Shown here in pieces: positions 17,069 to 25,243 of a stretch of DNA of 64,000 nucleotides. The stretch comes from a virus. The stretch covers positions 68,778 to 132,777 of the IMG/VR virus record IMGVR_UViG_3300010371_000028. One strand, 5' to 3'. The first letter of the stretch is position 1. Every line of letters begins with the position of its first letter. The position numbers were made by a program, and so were the translations under genes. Below the pieces are notes generated by a model that saw only the letters and a list, made by a program, of their open reading frames with translations, searched no databases and had not been told where the DNA came from.

Positions 17069-17093
17069 ATGTCAAGCTACCTCTTATAGTAGG
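17069..17093 (-). promoter_or_regulatory. -35 TTGACA and adjacent operator-like box CCTCTTATAGTAGG upstream of xis-like gene
   Basis: tgtcaa on + strand at about 17070-17075; box at 17080-17093 resembles those upstream of gntR. Confidence 0.5.
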
Positions 17094-17113
17094 CTGTAGC
17101 TCATGGAAACAGA

Positions 17114-17139
17114 AGAGCCCCGGCCGTAGCCGGGGCTCT
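17114..17139 (-). terminator. Terminator of gntR transcript
   Basis: Perfect 11-bp stem AGAGCCCCGGC/GCCGGGGCTCT followed by TCTGTTT on minus strand. Confidence 0.7.
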
Positions 17140-17156
17140 GGGATCAACCGCGCAGG

Positions 17157-17882
17157 TTAGGAGGTGAATGACCATTGCATGACGTACGCCTCCCCGAGCA
17201 ACACCATGTCGTTGACCTCGACGACACGCCCTTCGGCGGTCGCAGCCGTACGCCGGATCGCCGCAACGGGCTGACCCACGTCGAGATGCAGCAGTTTGCG
17301 CTCGCCAGGCCGCGGCATCCGCACGCGCACCTGCTCAACGAACTTCACCGGCTCATGGCCGAGGTCACGAAGCCGTGCGTACGTCCCACCCGGTCCGGAG
17401 TCTGGCCGCTCAATCGGGCTTCCCGCAACCAAATCGGCCGGAAGGTAGGAGATCGCACTCTGGACGCGACGCCCTTCCACCGCGTAGACACGCTCGCGGG
17501 TCAGGACACGCCTCACGCCGAGGAGAGCCTCGATCTCGGGTGGCGCGTCAATGGTCGAGACCTCAATCGACTCCACCGACATGGGGCGCAAACCCAGGTC
17601 GGCCGACCAGATGGCATGGCCGGCACCCCACTGCTCCGCAGACAGGCGTGTCGTTGCGTCCCGCAGTATCGGCTTGAAGTCGCGCACGAATGCTCCCTTG
17701 CCTCGCTCGATCCGAATGAGGCCCTCGCCGCGCAGGAGGTTCAACGCGGCGCGTGCCGTCGGTTGCGAGTACCCGAACTCACTCACCAGGGCGTTCTCGC
17801 CCGGGACCTGGGCGCCGGGTGCGAGTTCGCCGCTCTCGATCTTCGCGCGCAGGGCTGCCGCAATCTCATCGCGCTTCGACAT
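17157..17882 (-). CDS. GntR-family (HutC/UTRA) repressor, KorSA/TraR-like
   Basis: wHTH PGENALVSEFGYSQPTARAALNLLRGEGLI..RGKGAFV plus UTRA domain; heads the tra module. Confidence 0.9.
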   Translation of the reverse strand: MSKRDEIAAALRAKIESGELAPGAQVPGENALVSEFGYSQPTARAALNLLRGEGLIRIERGKGAFVRDFKPILRDATTRLSAEQWGAGHAIWSADLGLRPMSVESIEVSTIDAPPEIEALLGVRRVLTRERVYAVEGRRVQSAISYLPADLVAGSPIERPDSGPGGTYARLRDLGHEPVKFVEQVRVRMPRPGERKLLHLDVGQPVAAIRRTAATAEGRVVEVNDMVLLGEAYVMQWSFTS

Positions 17883-17936
17883 GCCCGAGTCGCTGGTGTC
17901 CTTCGCCACGGCTCTCCTCTTGCTGTTTCGCGCCTT

Positions 17937-17971
17937 CCTCTTGTAAGAGGTGGCGAACTTCTTGCTAGAGG
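17937..17971. promoter_or_regulatory. Two operator-like 14-bp boxes upstream of gntR
   Basis: CCTCTTGTAAGAGG (17937-17950, palindromic arms) and CTTCTTGCTAGAGG (17958-17971). Confidence 0.55.
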
Positions 17972-18059
17972 TTATCCCCGAACGGCGCCGTACGGCATCT
18001 TCGGGCGTCCCTTGCTGCGGCAATCGGACGTCTGGAGGACGTTGCTGGGCTCGCGAGAT

Positions 18060-18356
18060 CTATGCCGCGCGCGGGTGTCCGTGATCGTCCGCAACGTGCG
18101 CCGCCAAGTCGGCCTTGACGTTCTGCACGACCTGCTGCACGTCGCCGATCCTCGACGTCAAGCGCGCCTCGGCCTGTACGAGGTCCGACCGGACGCCAGC
18201 GACATCGGCCTTCACGCCGGAGATCTCGGTAGCCAGGTGCGCGAACGACGTGGTCATGGCCTCAGCGAGCGCCTGCTGACCTTCGGCAAGCCGCTGGATC
18301 GCAGCCATGATCTGGTAGTTCGAGGGCTCGGGCTCGAAGCCGGGCACGTCCGTCAT
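18060..18356 (-). CDS. Coiled-coil hypothetical protein
   Basis: Heptad pattern; GC3-rich frame. Confidence 0.6.
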   Translation of the reverse strand: MTDVPGFEPEPSNYQIMAAIQRLAEGQQALAEAMTTSFAHLATEISGVKADVAGVRSDLVQAEARLTSRIGDVQQVVQNVKADLAAHVADDHGHPRAA

Positions 18357-18421
18357 GTCACCAAGGTACCCGCTGACGCTGATCGACAGCAGGAGTACGC
18401 CACCATGCGCCTGCACCGGGA

Positions 18422-19429
18422 GTGCCCGTGATCGAGGTGCGGCGTATGCCGCGCAACACCACGGCCGGGTTCGAGCGGATCCCCAACCGGGCGATTCGCA
18501 GCGTGGAGTTGTCGCTCTCCGCCGTCGGACTGCTCGCGCGGCTGCTGGCCGACGGGGAGCAGTACGACTCCATCGACGACATTGCCGCGGCCTACAACCC
18601 TGCCGCGCCCGGTCAGAAAACTCCGTACGGCTTTGGCCGAGACGTCTACCGGAAGGCCGCCCTCGAGCTCGAGGCCGCCGGCTACCTGGTTCGCACCGAG
18701 GAAAAGGGCGCTGGTAACCGCACGCGGTCGCTGGCCAGGGCGATTCCTGAAAAGACGCAGATCGGAGCCGCGACGGACAGTCCGTCGCGGGAACGACGTG
18801 GGCAAACGGGTATCGGCGCAGATCAGGCCCGGGACGGACAGTCCGTCGCGGGGATGACCTGGGAAAACGAGGCATACGAGCACGTCGAGCCCAGGACGGA
18901 CAGTCCGTCCCGGCGCTCACCTGCGGAAACGACCCTTCCTGCACGTCAGTCCCGCGACGGACAGTCCGTCGCGGACTATATACAGACCTCTTTTCAGACC
19001 TCAGACCTCCTCCTCCACAGCGGCGACCAGGACAGCAACGTTCAGATCGGCAAGGAACAGGAGGAGGTGGACGGCGGTGCGTTCCAACCTCACCCCGACG
19101 CGCTCGCCGTCATCGCCGCCGTCGACCTCGGCGGCAAGCCGCTCGTCCCGAAGTCCCGCGATGAAGCCGAACTCACCCTGACGGCAAAGCTCGCCGAGGG
19201 CTGGACCGTGGCCGCCCTGACGCACGCCTTCGAGGGCTGCACCGAAGGCGCCAGAAACCCGCCCGGCGCGTTCATGAGCCGCGTACGCGGACTTGGACCG
19301 CCCCCGCGCCCCGCAACCACCCGCGCTTCGCCGCGATGCCCCGAATGCAACGGCAGCGGCCTAATCGAAAACGACCTCGGCGACCCCGCCCCCTGCCCCA
19401 CCTGCAAAACACCAAGGAGCAACCCGTGA
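18422..19429 (+). CDS. Replication initiator (N-terminal wHTH, C-terminal Zn finger), lambda-O-like
   Basis: FERIPN..LSLSAVGLL..YRKAALELEAAGYLVR; CPEC/CPTC; internal iterons; coupled to dnaB. Confidence 0.8.
   Translation: MPVIEVRRMPRNTTAGFERIPNRAIRSVELSLSAVGLLARLLADGEQYDSIDDIAAAYNPAAPGQKTPYGFGRDVYRKAALELEAAGYLVRTEEKGAGNRTRSLARAIPEKTQIGAATDSPSRERRGQTGIGADQARDGQSVAGMTWENEAYEHVEPRTDSPSRRSPAETTLPARQSRDGQSVADYIQTSFQTSDLLLHSGDQDSNVQIGKEQEEVDGGAFQPHPDALAVIAAVDLGGKPLVPKSRDEAELTLTAKLAEGWTVAALTHAFEGCTEGARNPPGAFMSRVRGLGPPPRPATTRASPRCPECNGSGLIENDLGDPAPCPTCKTPRSNP
18769..18974. repeat. Four palindromic iterons, putative replication origin
   Basis: GACGGAC-A-GTCCGTC at 18772, 18833, 18895, 18956 (61/62/61 bp period). 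Confidence 0.85.
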
Positions 19430-20745
19430 ACGACCGCACTCCCCCGCACGACGAACACGCCGAGATGGCCGTTCTCGGCGGCATGCTCATGTCCCGCACC
19501 GCGATCGAGGAAGTCACCGGGATGCTCGCCGCATCCTCGTTCTACCTGCCCAAGCACGAACACGTCTACGACGCGATCACCGCCGTCGAGTCCCGGGACG
19601 AACCCGTGGACGCCGTCACCGTCGCCGCGGAACTCACCCGCCGCGGCGAACTCGCCAAGATCGGCGGGCCCGTCTACCTGCACGACCTCATGGGGTCCGT
19701 CCCCACCGCGGCCAATGCCGGCTACTACGCCGAGATCGTCCGCGAGCACGCCGTACGCCGACGCCTCATCGAGATCGGCACCCGGTACGTCCAGATGGGC
19801 TACGACACCACCGACCACGCCGACATCCCCGAAATGATCGACCGGGCGCAGGCCATGGCCATGACACTCGAGCACATCGACTACGAAGAAGAAGACCTCC
19901 TCCTCGCTGACGCCTACGTCGAAGTCCTCGAATCCGTCGAACACGGCACCTCGCAAGGACTGCCCACCGGGCTGCGCGACTTCGACGCGTTGACCGGCGG
20001 ACTGCACCCGGGACAACTCATCGTCGTCGCAGCCCGCCCCGCCCTCGGCAAATCGGTCCTCGCCGAGAACTGGGTGCGCCACACCGCGATCGCCACCGGC
20101 CGCCCGGCCGCGATGTTCTCCCTCGAGATGTCCCGCTTCGAAGTCGCCAAGCGCGCCATCGCCGCCGAAGCCGCCGTCCCCCTCCACCACCTCGCCCACG
20201 GGCGCATGGAGGAATCCGACTGGGACCGGGTCAAGCAGCGCACCCACACCATCCCCGCCGCGCCCCTGTACGTGGACGAGAACCCCACCCTCACGATCAC
20301 CTCGATCCGCTCCAAGGCGCGCCGGCTGCGCCGCAAGCACGGCATCGAACTCCTCGCCGTCGACTACCTCCAACTCATGGAGGGCGAGGCCAAGCGGCGC
20401 GGTGGCGAGAACCGGCAGCAGGACGTCTCCGCGATCTCCCGCGGCCTGAAGCTGCTCGCCAAGGAACTGCAGATCCCCGTCATTGCCGTCGCGCAGCTCA
20501 ACCGGGGGCCCGAGTCCCGAGCGGACAAGAAGCCCGCCATGAGCGACCTGCGCGAATCCGGCTCCATCGAGCAGGACGCGGACACCGTCGTCCTGATCCA
20601 CCGGGAAGACGCCTACGAGAAGGAAGGACCGCGAGCAGGCGAAGCAGACCTCATCGTTGCCAAACACCGAGGCGGCCCGACCGCAACGCTGACCGTCGCG
20701 TTCCAGGGGCACTACGCCAGATTCAAGGACATGGGGCGCGGCTGA
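19426..20745 (+). CDS. dnaB: Replicative DNA helicase DnaB
   Basis: AARPALGKS, FSLEM, VDYLQLM, AQLNRGPE, SDLRESGSIEQDAD, AKHRGGPT. Confidence 0.97.
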   Translation: MNDRTPPHDEHAEMAVLGGMLMSRTAIEEVTGMLAASSFYLPKHEHVYDAITAVESRDEPVDAVTVAAELTRRGELAKIGGPVYLHDLMGSVPTAANAGYYAEIVREHAVRRRLIEIGTRYVQMGYDTTDHADIPEMIDRAQAMAMTLEHIDYEEEDLLLADAYVEVLESVEHGTSQGLPTGLRDFDALTGGLHPGQLIVVAARPALGKSVLAENWVRHTAIATGRPAAMFSLEMSRFEVAKRAIAAEAAVPLHHLAHGRMEESDWDRVKQRTHTIPAAPLYVDENPTLTITSIRSKARRLRRKHGIELLAVDYLQLMEGEAKRRGGENRQQDVSAISRGLKLLAKELQIPVIAVAQLNRGPESRADKKPAMSDLRESGSIEQDADTVVLIHREDAYEKEGPRAGEADLIVAKHRGGPTATLTVAFQGHYARFKDMGRG

Positions 20746-20795
20746 TTCCCGCCGAACCACCACGTCAGAACCCCGATCCGAAGGAGTATCCGAAC

Positions 20796-20846
20796 ATGAC
20801 CGACACGATCCCGTACATGCACTGGGCAGAGGACGGCCCGCAGTGA
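20796..20846 (+). CDS. 16-aa micro-ORF coupled to lipoprotein gene
   Basis: GAAGGAG RBS; MTDTIPYMHWAEDGPQ; GTGA overlap. Confidence 0.4.
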   Translation: MTDTIPYMHWAEDGPQ

Positions 20847-21265
20847 TCGCCCGACGAATCCCGGCCGCGCTCCTCGCCGCCGCGCTCACCTGCCCCCTGC
20901 TCGCGGCCTGCGGGCCCACCGGCTACGGCACGGACTGCGGAATGGCCAGCGAGAGCCTCACGATCGACACGCACGTCATGGTTGGGCGCGCCACCGCGAC
21001 CTGTTCCCCGCCACCCGAGACGCACCTGTTCACCCTGCAACTCGTCTACGTTCTGGGCGCCGAATCCGAGATCGAAGCCACCCGGCAGAGTGACGCACTA
21101 CCGGGCCCTACCGGCGTTACGCTGACGGTGCGGCACCTATGCCTGCCGGGCACCTGGATCCTGCGGATATCCGCAGCCGGGCGGTCTTCGGACGGCACGC
21201 CCTACAGCTTCTCCGAATCGAAGACGTACGCGGGAGTGAGCGTCGATGAGTGTAAGAACCGCTAG
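20843..21265 (+). CDS. Putative lipoprotein
   Basis: Basic N-terminus, hydrophobic stretch, lipobox LAAC-G. Confidence 0.65.
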   Translation: MIARRIPAALLAAALTCPLLAACGPTGYGTDCGMASESLTIDTHVMVGRATATCSPPPETHLFTLQLVYVLGAESEIEATRQSDALPGPTGVTLTVRHLCLPGTWILRISAAGRSSDGTPYSFSESKTYAGVSVDECKNR

Positions 21266-21641
21266 GTATGTCGCCATCATCGCGCCCGATGCCGGCGACC
21301 CGGGGACGCTGCGCTACGACATCCGCCGCCTCGTGCCCGCACGGGAAGCCGAGGTCCTGCTGGGTCCGCTCGCGCGCCGTGGCGCGGCACAGTTCCCGGA
21401 CGGCCGCGACCTGCCGATGCCGTTCGCGGATCTCACCACTCCCCCATGCGACCGCGCCATCGCCAGGCGGATCGCCATGGAGTGGATCGGCGCGCACGAC
21501 CCGGGCGCGTTCCACCTCGAGGTCGACTGGCACGACGAACCGATCGTCCCGACCCGTGAGTCCGCGGGCGTGGGCGGGCGCTACGCCGAGCGCGGACGCG
21601 GGAGCCTGTGGCGCCGCTGGCTCGCCGGCCTCACGAGCTAG
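21246..21641 (+). CDS. Hypothetical protein
   Basis: ORF track, GC3-rich. Confidence 0.5.
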   Translation: MSVRTARYVAIIAPDAGDPGTLRYDIRRLVPAREAEVLLGPLARRGAAQFPDGRDLPMPFADLTTPPCDRAIARRIAMEWIGAHDPGAFHLEVDWHDEPIVPTRESAGVGGRYAERGRGSLWRRWLAGLTS

Positions 21642-21668
21642 GCACGAAGGGAAACCCGCGGCGGCGCG

Positions 21669-22037
21669 CTACAGGTCCAGCAGCCTGCGCCCGATCTCCA
21701 CGGCGGCCGTGAGCGCACCGGACTCCACATCGGCACGCAACCGTTCGGAACGCTCCTGGCTGATCCTGCCCGCCGGATGCCCGTTCGCCAGCAGCACGAC
21801 CCGCGCCGCCTCGAGTGCGTACGCCCACGAGTCCGCGCCGTACGGGCGCGTCATGAGTACCAGCTTGTACAGGAGCCCGGCCGCGTACACGGTCGTCGGC
21901 TCTTCTGTATCGGCGACCGCGCCAGCGAGGTGCGCGAGGATCCCCTCTGGTTCGGGCCCGGCCTTCACCCCGAGGTTGCGGGCGATTGCCTCGAGTTCCC
22001 TTGCGGAGGGCAGCCAGCGTGCGGGTCGGTCAGGCAC
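21669..22037 (-). CDS. Degenerate Fic/Doc-like protein
   Basis: AAGLLYKLVLMTRPYGADSWAYALEAARVVLLANG matches Doc helical layout; catalytic motif diverged. Confidence 0.5.
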   Translation of the reverse strand: MPDRPARWLPSARELEAIARNLGVKAGPEPEGILAHLAGAVADTEEPTTVYAAGLLYKLVLMTRPYGADSWAYALEAARVVLLANGHPAGRISQERSERLRADVESGALTAAVEIGRRLLDL

Positions 22038-22239
22038 CGTGGAAGCCGGAGGCTTCGAGGACGGGCCGGTCGATCTCGACGACGATCCGGGAGACGACGT
22101 CGGCGAGCTGGTCCGGGTGGTTGCGGCGGACGTGGTCGATCGCGGCCTCGGTCAGCGCAGCCTGGAGGGCGGAGCGCCCGTCCTGGTCCTGGGCGACCTC
22201 GGCGACGAGCGCGGGGACGTCGAAAGTCACGGCGGTCAT
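22030..22239 (-). CDS. Small protein, putative antitoxin partner
   Basis: 69 aa, acidic, overlaps start of Doc-like gene by 8 nt. Confidence 0.45.
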   Translation of the reverse strand: MTAVTFDVPALVAEVAQDQDGRSALQAALTEAAIDHVRRNHPDQLADVVSRIVVEIDRPVLEASGFHGA

Positions 22240-22372
22240 GTCCACAACGTACCCGCCATACGCCGCCGCGGACACGCAGGCGGACCCGACTGTTACCGAA
22301 ACGGACGCTGGCGCAGGTCCGGCGAATGAGAAGAAACCGCACGTCAAAGCCTATTTTCTGGGAGGATTAGCT

Positions 22373-22648
22373 ATGCCTGAGTTTGCCGTTGCGCCACCCG
22401 AACCGGCCGTGGTCGACCGCATCGCGCGTGCGGCGATCGAGAACGCGATCTGGCTGCTGAAGGAACTCCCGCTCGACCTCACCGGCCCGCTCAAGGCCGA
22501 GATCGCCGAGCATGGACGTCCCGCCTGTGATCCGCACGCGCTGATGGGCGCCGTCTGGCAGCGCATCAAGAACTCCGAGATCACTTACCGGCTTCCGGCG
22601 CAGACCGGCGAGGCCGAGCCGTGCGCTGGGACGGGGGCCAAGCCGTGA
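22373..22648 (+). CDS. Hypothetical protein
   Basis: GGGAGG RBS. Confidence 0.6.
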   Translation: MPEFAVAPPEPAVVDRIARAAIENAIWLLKELPLDLTGPLKAEIAEHGRPACDPHALMGAVWQRIKNSEITYRLPAQTGEAEPCAGTGAKP

Positions 22649-22929
22649 CCGAGCAGATCCCTCTGACGCTGGTCGTCAGCCCCGACCAGCCCGCCGTGGA
22701 AACCACGGTCTCGCCCGCGTGGCTCTACGAGCACTACCGGCTCACGATCCTCGCGGCGGAAGGCTCGTATCCCGACAAGATCCGTCGCGTGCAGGCCGGC
22801 GTGGCGCTTGCCCGGGAGCGTGGCGAGTTCACCCCGGCCCAGTGTGATGACCTTGACCGGCTCGCGGCCAGGGCGCTCCACGCGACGCTGCACCCGGAGG
22901 AGGTGCGGAACGATGACGGCGACTGGTGA
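22645..22929 (+). CDS. Hypothetical protein
   Basis: GTGA coupling. Confidence 0.55.
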   Translation: MTEQIPLTLVVSPDQPAVETTVSPAWLYEHYRLTILAAEGSYPDKIRRVQAGVALARERGEFTPAQCDDLDRLAARALHATLHPEEVRNDDGDW

Positions 22930-23245
22930 GGTTGTCGGCACCCGCTACCGCCTCCGTCAGTCCGAGGTTGAGGCCGTGCGCCTGTCCGATGCGACGTTCG
23001 GCCGGCTCATCCGCGCGATCCCGCTCGAGTGGTTCTACGGGGCGCACAACGGCGACGGCAGCGAGCCGATGCAGATCCTGATCCGGATCTACCCGGGCGC
23101 GTCCGACTGCGTGAAGGCCGTCGAGGGCGACTGGGTCACCCGCGACGCCCACCGGGAGTGGTGGAGCGCCTATTCGCCCGAGGAGTTCGCCGAACGGTAC
23201 GCGGTCGTCCTGCTCGACGCCGACGGGGTCGAGGTGGAGTCGTGA
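22913..23245 (+). CDS. Phage hypothetical protein
   Basis: RYRLRQSEVEAVR...AVEGDWVTR...YSPEEFAERY. Confidence 0.6.
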   Translation: MTATGEVVGTRYRLRQSEVEAVRLSDATFGRLIRAIPLEWFYGAHNGDGSEPMQILIRIYPGASDCVKAVEGDWVTRDAHREWWSAYSPEEFAERYAVVLLDADGVEVES

Positions 23246-23487
23246 CCGCGCTCCGCTTCGAGGACGCCGACGTCGACGAACTGCGCCGCCGTATCGACGG
23301 CGCGCTCATGGACCTGCACTTCCTGCGTGGCCTGGTCTGTGACCGGCCGTATGACGTTGCCCGGGTCACGGCCGCAATCGAGACGCTGAAGAACGGTGCG
23401 CCGGGGATCGAAGCTGGCGACGCCGCGGCGGCCGTTGTCGCATGGAAGGCCGCGCACCCCGACGACGAGGAAGGCGGCACGCGATGA
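23242..23487 (+). CDS. Hypothetical protein
   Basis: GTGA coupling. Confidence 0.55.
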   Translation: MTALRFEDADVDELRRRIDGALMDLHFLRGLVCDRPYDVARVTAAIETLKNGAPGIEAGDAAAAVVAWKAAHPDDEEGGTR

Positions 23488-24035
23488 CCGACATCGCGCA
23501 GTTCCCGACCGGCAGGACCGCCTCAGGCCGCCGCTGGGGCAAAGCAGGGGTCCGGCCGAGTCCCGACGAGATCGAGGCCGCCGAGCGGGACCGGCGCGCG
23601 CGCAACACGGCCCACTGGCGGGCCCTGACCGACGCGCACGCGGCCTGGGAAGCCGGCCGGGTCGTCCCCTGGCTCATCACGATCGCGCTCGACGCCAAGC
23701 GCCTGTACGGGCCCGAAGTCGACGAGGCCTGCGGCGTCGCGGAACCAGGTGTGGACATGTGGGAGGAAGGAACCCTCTACCCGACCTTCGAGCAGCTCTG
23801 CGCGCTGGCCAAGCTGACCGGGAAGACGCCCGGGTACTTCATGAACCGCAAGGGTGTCGTCGGCTTCAAGCCGTCCGACACGACGATGCGGTTCCACGTC
23901 CGCGTGGACGACGAGAAGGAACCGGTGATGGCGTTCAAGCCCGAAGCGATTGCCGCAGCGGTCGCGGGCGACGGGGCATGCCCGACGTGCTGGGTGACCG
24001 GGCGGACCCGCGAGGCGGAAGGCGGCACGTCATGA
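23484..24035 (+). CDS. XRE-like HTH-containing protein
   Basis: GPEVDEACGVAEPGVDMWEEGTLYPTFEQLCALAKL. Confidence 0.6.
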   Translation: MTDIAQFPTGRTASGRRWGKAGVRPSPDEIEAAERDRRARNTAHWRALTDAHAAWEAGRVVPWLITIALDAKRLYGPEVDEACGVAEPGVDMWEEGTLYPTFEQLCALAKLTGKTPGYFMNRKGVVGFKPSDTTMRFHVRVDDEKEPVMAFKPEAIAAAVAGDGACPTCWVTGRTREAEGGTS

Positions 24036-24874
24036 CCACCTATCAGGTCGCGGGCTGGACGCCGCTCGAAGCCCACCTGCCGGCCGAGCTCGGCCGGATC
24101 CCGATGGGGTCGCTCATCGCGTTCGACTACAAGCCCTACCGGCTCATCGAGGTCCGTGAGCGGCCGTTCGACTTGTGGCCCGAGAACATCCAGGCCGAGT
24201 ACGCCCGGATGGGCGGCAGGGACCCGGAGACGTGGTGGGCGCGCGTCCAGTCCATCCGGCTCCAGCCCGACGGGCAGGCATCGGGCGCGAAGGACCGCAG
24301 CCGGCTCGTACGGGCCTGCTACAGCTTCCACGTCCTGCCGGAGCACTACGCGGTCTGCCACCGCTGCGGGGACCTCCCGCCGTGCCGCGAGAGGGTCATG
24401 GACCGGCAGGTCGCCGAAGCGACCGCCGTGATGGAGCAGGCGATGGCGATCCGGCCCGGGGACTGTCACGCCTGCGGGAAGCCCGTCAATGCCCGCCACA
24501 AGGCCATCGTCTTTCCCGGACCGAACCTGATCCGCCCGGACCTGCCTGACGGCACCGTGGTCTTCCACGGCCGCCACGGCGAGTGCGTCAACCGCGCCTA
24601 CCGCTACGACGAGCAGTGGGCTGCGGCGAAGGCCGGCCGACGCCGCCGGTTCGAGTGCGCCGGACGGCAGGTGCAGCACGCCGACGGGACGCTCGAATGC
24701 ACCGAGGGCGCCGGATGCCCGGAAGCGAACGGGCCTACCGGCTGGACTGTGCACCACCAGGCGTATACCTGGCACCGGCCCGGCATAGCGACCGGCGACG
24801 GCGCATGCTGGTGCACGACGGGCGACCTGACTGCGCGGATCGAGCAGCAGATGCGGGACGGGAAGACGATATGA
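24032..24874 (+). CDS. Multi-Cys/His (Zn-finger) hypothetical protein
   Basis: CHRC, CHAC, HGEC and further Cys pairs. Confidence 0.6.
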   Translation: MTTYQVAGWTPLEAHLPAELGRIPMGSLIAFDYKPYRLIEVRERPFDLWPENIQAEYARMGGRDPETWWARVQSIRLQPDGQASGAKDRSRLVRACYSFHVLPEHYAVCHRCGDLPPCRERVMDRQVAEATAVMEQAMAIRPGDCHACGKPVNARHKAIVFPGPNLIRPDLPDGTVVFHGRHGECVNRAYRYDEQWAAAKAGRRRRFECAGRQVQHADGTLECTEGAGCPEANGPTGWTVHHQAYTWHRPGIATGDGACWCTTGDLTARIEQQMRDGKTI

Positions 24875-24981
24875 GCGGCGCGGGATCGGCCGGGACGCCC
24901 CACGCGCCCCGGCCACCGTCCCCACTACGTCTATGTCGAGACTGACCAACGGCGTGCCCGCGCTCACCGCCCGTTACTGGC

Positions 24982-25167
24982 CTATTCCTCTGGGATCTCG
25001 TCGAGCGCCCGCATCTGGGCCTCGAACTCAGCCCGGAGCGCAAGCGCCCGCTTCCTGAGCCGCCGGCTACGCCCGTCGACCCGCAACTCGACACGCATGC
25101 CGTCCATCATCGCCCTCGCCCGGACCATCCACGCCTCGATCGCGTCGAGCTTCGCCTCGTCGTCCAT
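24982..25167 (-). CDS. Hypothetical protein
   Basis: GAGGGG RBS. Confidence 0.5.
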   Translation of the reverse strand: MDDEAKLDAIEAWMVRARAMMDGMRVELRVDGRSRRLRKRALALRAEFEAQMRALDEIPEE

Positions 25168-25243
25168 ACAGCCCCTCCCGTTCCCCTGGGAAGGGTGAGG
25201 CTAGTCCGGCATGGCGAGGCTGGCTAGGCCTGTGCTGTTCGCG

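Larger units (their letters stand above)
6467..17882 (-). mobile_element. AICE/plasmid-type conjugation and spread module (TraB, Spd-like, Kor-like GntR, Xis-like); no integrase or Rep inside
   Basis: Co-oriented FtsK/TraB, membrane Spd-like proteins, YdjM-like hydrolase, HATPase and GntR-UTRA, as in pSAM2-like elements. Confidence 0.75.

Noticed and set aside
18769-18974. CRISPR-like repeats (61-62 bp period)
   Set aside because: Repeats are only 15-23 bp, lie in frame inside an initiator gene and fit iterons better
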